DNA from: Amphiscolops sp. MND2022
Taxonomy: Eukaryota
Assembly (NCBI GenBank): GCA_964187785.1
Contig: OZ076413.1
Coordinates: 45,820,001-45,884,000, forward strand
Length of the DNA stretch: 64,000 nt
Reading direction: 5' to 3'
Shown: positions 59,851 to 64,000 of the stretch, piece by piece
Layout of the letters: the number at the start of each line of letters is the position of its first letter
Position numbering within the stretch: position 1 is the first letter of the stretch
Position numbers and translations under genes: made by a program
The notes under the pieces: generated by a model
Told to the model about the DNA's origin: nothing
Database searches by the model: none
What the model saw: only the letters and a program-made list of their open reading frames with translations

Positions 59851-61246
59851 GAAACAACAGCTTCAAGTCCACCATTACTTGACCACTGGGCTGCAAATAT
59901 GGGGAGATAGTATCCGAACGGGCGCCGACTTAGAAAGGCAGAACTGCTTATTCTGCGTCCACCCCGCGGTAATGGGGAAATTAACTTCTCTCTTTCTTTC
60001 TCTCTGATGAATCTATTCGAATTCTTTTTCCCGTTATGAATAAGGTGTACGTTTTTTCTGCTACTTTTTGACTAATTTCGAGCCATACCTAAAAAGCATT
60101 TAAGTAATCTAGACTTTCATGAATTTGGAAAGTCTCATTATATAGCAGTGTACCATGCTGGCTCAAAGTATCTTTATAAATTCAATGAAAACTACTTCTG
60201 TCATATTTCCCAGAAGGGGGACTAAAAATTACAAACGGGGGCTAAAAGTTTGAAGTTATAGGTTAAAATAGAAGATGCTGGCGAAGTTTAACAGGGAAAG
60301 ATAACACACTTTGTTCGGGCTGGAAGATCACCAATTACCTTGCAGGAAGTAAAAAATATAAAAAATCAGGTCTACTTGAAATAAATACGTTTCATGCGAA
60401 CTAAATTGCGGTATAAACGATATACATTTTTTACAATATTTTCGTTATCTTTTAAGAAATCAAAAATCGTCAGTGTTATCAAACTCGCAAACAAAGCGGG
60501 TATTCGAGCAACTATACCAACTGAAAGTCGAGCAGTCATTGTGATATCAGTGATCTAAATAGGGAGAAAAACATTATGACATCTTTGGTACATGAATTGC
60601 CAACTTAAAAAATCACTTGGTGATAAAACAAATGTCTAAATCAGAAACAAATTAAGTTTAAAAAACGAGTCTGAGGTAAACAATTCCGATGTTAGTAGAT
60701 TGATATGCATCACAGGTTTTGAAACAACCCACTTATATACTCGTAGTTACATGTACATGTGGTTATTGAAAAATGTCTAGTCATAAAAACGAATGATTTC
60801 GATTTGAATCTATAGTTGATTCAACCATGAAAAAGTGGGAGTCCACATTGTTTCTCAAATGAACGTTCAATGATTTTGAGTTCCAACAACTACAATATGT
60901 TTCACTTTCAACCGCATGTAATTTCAACCGCAAGTCATTTCGCTTATTTCAATGTCAACCAACGCGTTTACAAAAACTTTTCTTCGGTTCAAGGTCGCCG
61001 TTTTTTTAAAACATCCAAACTGCCTCAACATAACTAGTTCGAGAAGAAATCAAAACAAAGCTTTGAGTTACTGTTTCTACATAACTCTCACTCCCCAGTA
61101 AAAAAATAGAAGTGAGTTTCCTTGGGCTCCAAAAAGTTTTATTCTAACTTTCGGAATGCTGAATAGCTGTTTTCAGAAGGTGGACCCATTGGTGAAATTG
61201 CAAATTTCTCGAGAAACCGCACAATGCCAAAAAATCTCGAAGCGTG

Positions 61247-62743
61247 TGTCCCGGGCGTCCGCCTGTGATGGGAATGTATATTCAATTTGCCACGATTATA
61301 AGAAAGTGCAGCCCTACACCCTTCGTCTAAATTAAACTTACAGACAAAACTCTTAAAATTATCTTTAGAAGTCATGCAAACCTCATATTTTATATCACAA
61401 TATGTTTGGTATTATATAATCACATGTAAAGTTAATATACTGGTGTTAATACGTAAGTTAATTGGACACCAAGGCGTACAGGTAAAGGAAACGCGTTCGA
61501 ATGTTTTCTTGCCTGTCGCCTTGGTCTACCAGTCCAATTAACTCGTTATCCAATCAGAGTGCAGTAATACTTTCATTTGTTGCTGTACTGAGTTATTTAA
61601 TCAAAGGACTAGACGGCCATATGCCGTCGGTCAATAAAGTGCTAGTCCGCTCGTGTCACTCGGACACTGAGTCCACAATTAAAATAAAGGCGCTAACCAG
61701 TAAGTGCTATTGCTTACGTAATTGATGATGCTCTAATAACTTACAAAATACATAATTAGTCCCAAAAGGACTCATGTATGATGCAAGACTGAGTGCTATT
61801 ACTTACAATTCCATGGAAAGCAGTTAAATGTTGAAACGCATGTAATCTGTTTTATTTCATACATGAATGCTGTTTATTGCATTTGCGGACTCACGGGCTT
61901 CCCGCCATAACATCCAACAGGGGAGTCCTTTGAACTGAGTGACGTCACGATAATGTCATTGTTGCTATTTATAGCTGAGTCTATATTTAGAAAGCCCTTA
62001 AGGCTATTTTTAGCTCATGGCTGTTGAAATACTGAATGTCATGTAAATTCATGTTATATAGCCGGGACACGTAGCCCCGGGGGAACAACTCCGTTTGATA
62101 CCGTTAGAACCAGTTTGTTAAAACCGTTCAAATAAACTCTGTTTGCAAGCTTGAGAACTTAATTTAAATTCTTACCTCTTGCAATAATCTCTTATGCCTT
62201 CTACTAGACGTCAGAAAGCGAAAGCTAGGAAATCTAGAGAAATGGACATGCTGTCCGACTTTGAAAACTTAGACGTGATGCTGGGAAATAGCAATAATAA
62301 TCCCATAGAAAGGGAATTAGCTGAAGCAATAGATCAGTCCTCGACCCACGGGGACGTTGATACAAACGCGTACCTAGAAAATGAATATAGAGATTACTCG
62401 CATGAAAATGACTTACTGAGACAAAATGAAGTCAGACAGTCCTTTGAAACTTTTTCAAATGAATTCAACCTCAGATTATCTCAAGAAATGGACTCTATGA
62501 TGTCAATGATGCATAGTCAAATAAATAGAGCTATTACAACAGCTATAGCTGAAAGAGTCATTCCAGAAATTCAAAACATTGCTAACTCAATGTCCTCTAC
62601 GGGGCACAGGGACACTGAGGCCAGTTCGTCCCCTAGTAGCCAGGAAAATAGGGAAAACGCATCTGGGCCTAAAACAAAGATCGCAAAGAAAGATTCACGA
62701 TCTGTGGGAGATCTAAGAGAGACCACGGGTCAAAGTTCTTACA
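61247..62743 (+). mobile_element. Solo LTR, 1497 bp, inserted into a Helentron-like repeat
   Basis: TGT...ACA termini; perfect 5-bp TSD GCGTG (61242-61246 and 62744-62748); the flanks rejoin into the HINE motif CACAATGCCAAAAAA...GACCCTCTGGGTTT; TATTTATA at ~61966. Confidence 0.88.
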
Positions 62744-62859
62744 GCGTGGACCCTCTGGGTTTGAAAATTATTAAATGTATCAAAAAATTAAAAAGAAACT
62801 CCTTTGTGAAATTTCAAATATCTGGAATAGTCCAAAAAATTTCACAGTCCCGAGAATGA
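62194..62859 (+). CDS. Intact LTR-terminal ORF (183 codons inside the LTR plus 38 codons from flanking DNA); probable Gag N-terminus
   Basis: MPSTRRQKAKARKSREMD... basic N-terminus; helical core FSNEFNLRLSQEMDSMMSMMHSQINRAITTAIAERVIPEIQNI; no stop before the LTR end at 62743. Confidence 0.75.
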   Translation: MPSTRRQKAKARKSREMDMLSDFENLDVMLGNSNNNPIERELAEAIDQSSTHGDVDTNAYLENEYRDYSHENDLLRQNEVRQSFETFSNEFNLRLSQEMDSMMSMMHSQINRAITTAIAERVIPEIQNIANSMSSTGHRDTEASSSPSSQENRENASGPKTKIAKKDSRSVGDLRETTGQSSYSVDPLGLKIIKCIKKLKRNSFVKFQISGIVQKISQSRE

Positions 62860-64000
62860 ATCGACAAGCCTGAAATCTGAAATAAGAGGATTTTGACAAT
62901 CGGCACTTTTAAGAAAATTGGCACGAAACTGTCAATTCGACCGGATTGAAAAAAAACACAACGCAAATCCACTATAATAGTCGTTGCGTTTCATCTCATA
63001 AAGCACTGACCAAAGTATCTATATGAGTTGAAAAATTTCGTTATGAAAGTTTTTATGAAAAGTCTTTATGAAATCTAAAAGAACAGTACGTGTCAATAAA
63101 GACCAGAAATGGGCAGAAATTATACTTTCATTTCTTTTTTGTTCTGATGATAATCTTTTTTGAGAAAATATGTAAGCCTTTCAAGAATCTCCACTATCCC
63201 CACCTTTTGATTACTTGACTATTACTTGACTTGATGAACATAATTCAAGTCTTCTCTCTCTCTCTCAAAGTAAAAATGGGAATAAGATCTAAAGGGAACA
63301 AGATCTCAAATTTCAGGACGGGAATATTATCTAAACGGAATAAGATCCAAAATCACTAAGGTTTAGATCTTATTCCTTAGATCCTATTCACCCCTCCCAA
63401 AATAGCTATGGCTCAGTTGGTGAAGGCGGACAGGGCGGAAAATATCCCGGTGCTTAGCGGGCGTCTTGTTAAGATTCTTCCCAGAAATACAAGGAAAATG
63501 CAATATATTGTAAGATCCATGTAAGGAACGCATTTTTTTCTGAACCAGGCAATGCAAGTTACACAGAGTTTCTGTCCGTTATTTAATTTTTGCTACGGTT
63601 ATTTCTGTAACGTCCTGCAAAATGAGTACATACAAGAGCTGGGGCAATGCCTAGGTTGCCTCTACAGCAGACAATGGTCCATCTACACTAGCTTCTCTCC
63701 CAAATTCCCACCTTGGTGACTTTTCTAACGTCGAGTAGACTCCTCAAAATAGAGCTCCGAGGTGACTTGCTGGCACACTGAAAGTAAAAACGCTTTCTGG
63801 CGTACCTAAGACTTCATACACACGTCTGAGGTCCAAAAACGTTTAAAAAGCGGAAACTTTATTAGCTGACTCGAGTAAAAAAAACATTCATTCTATCTCA
63901 AATACCTGAAATACTGCAACATGGTACAAATATGGCTCTTAACATAGAGTGAAAGGCTCGCCGAGAGTTTAATTTGCGGGAACTTCCCTACCAAAAATGG

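Noticed and set aside
63278..63395. GGAATAAGATCTAAA direct and inverted repeats
   Set aside because: Likely a small decayed MITE; boundaries unclear and no further support.

Overview
AT-rich, repeat-dense eukaryotic (invertebrate-like animal) genomic DNA; no prokaryotic features. Contents: (1) a BEL/Pao LTR retrotransposon (10796-18519, minus strand; 502-bp LTRs, 6-bp TSD GCTACC, PBS, PPT) with decayed gag-pol, an extra intact upstream ORF that looks SGNH-fold with an Arg-rich tail, and three copies of a structured RNA hairpin between that ORF and gag; (2) a Mag-type Ty3/gypsy element (54396-58960, minus strand; 310-bp LTRs, TSD ATTTC) nested in an older solo LTR; (3) three dissimilar long solo LTRs (181-2525, 53547-59358, 61247-62743), each ending in an ORF that runs out through the LTR 3' end in the same codon phase; (4) many non-autonomous Helentron-like (HINE/DINE-1 architecture) elements, TA-target MITEs and tRNA-derived SINE fragments; (5) a ~7.5-kb foldback-like element whose arms are made of ~170-bp satellite, with its right end tandemly triplicated; (6) two spliced host genes absent from the ORF track, reconstructed by splice-site and phase matching. 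All alignments, difference counts and folds were done by eye; no database searches were run.
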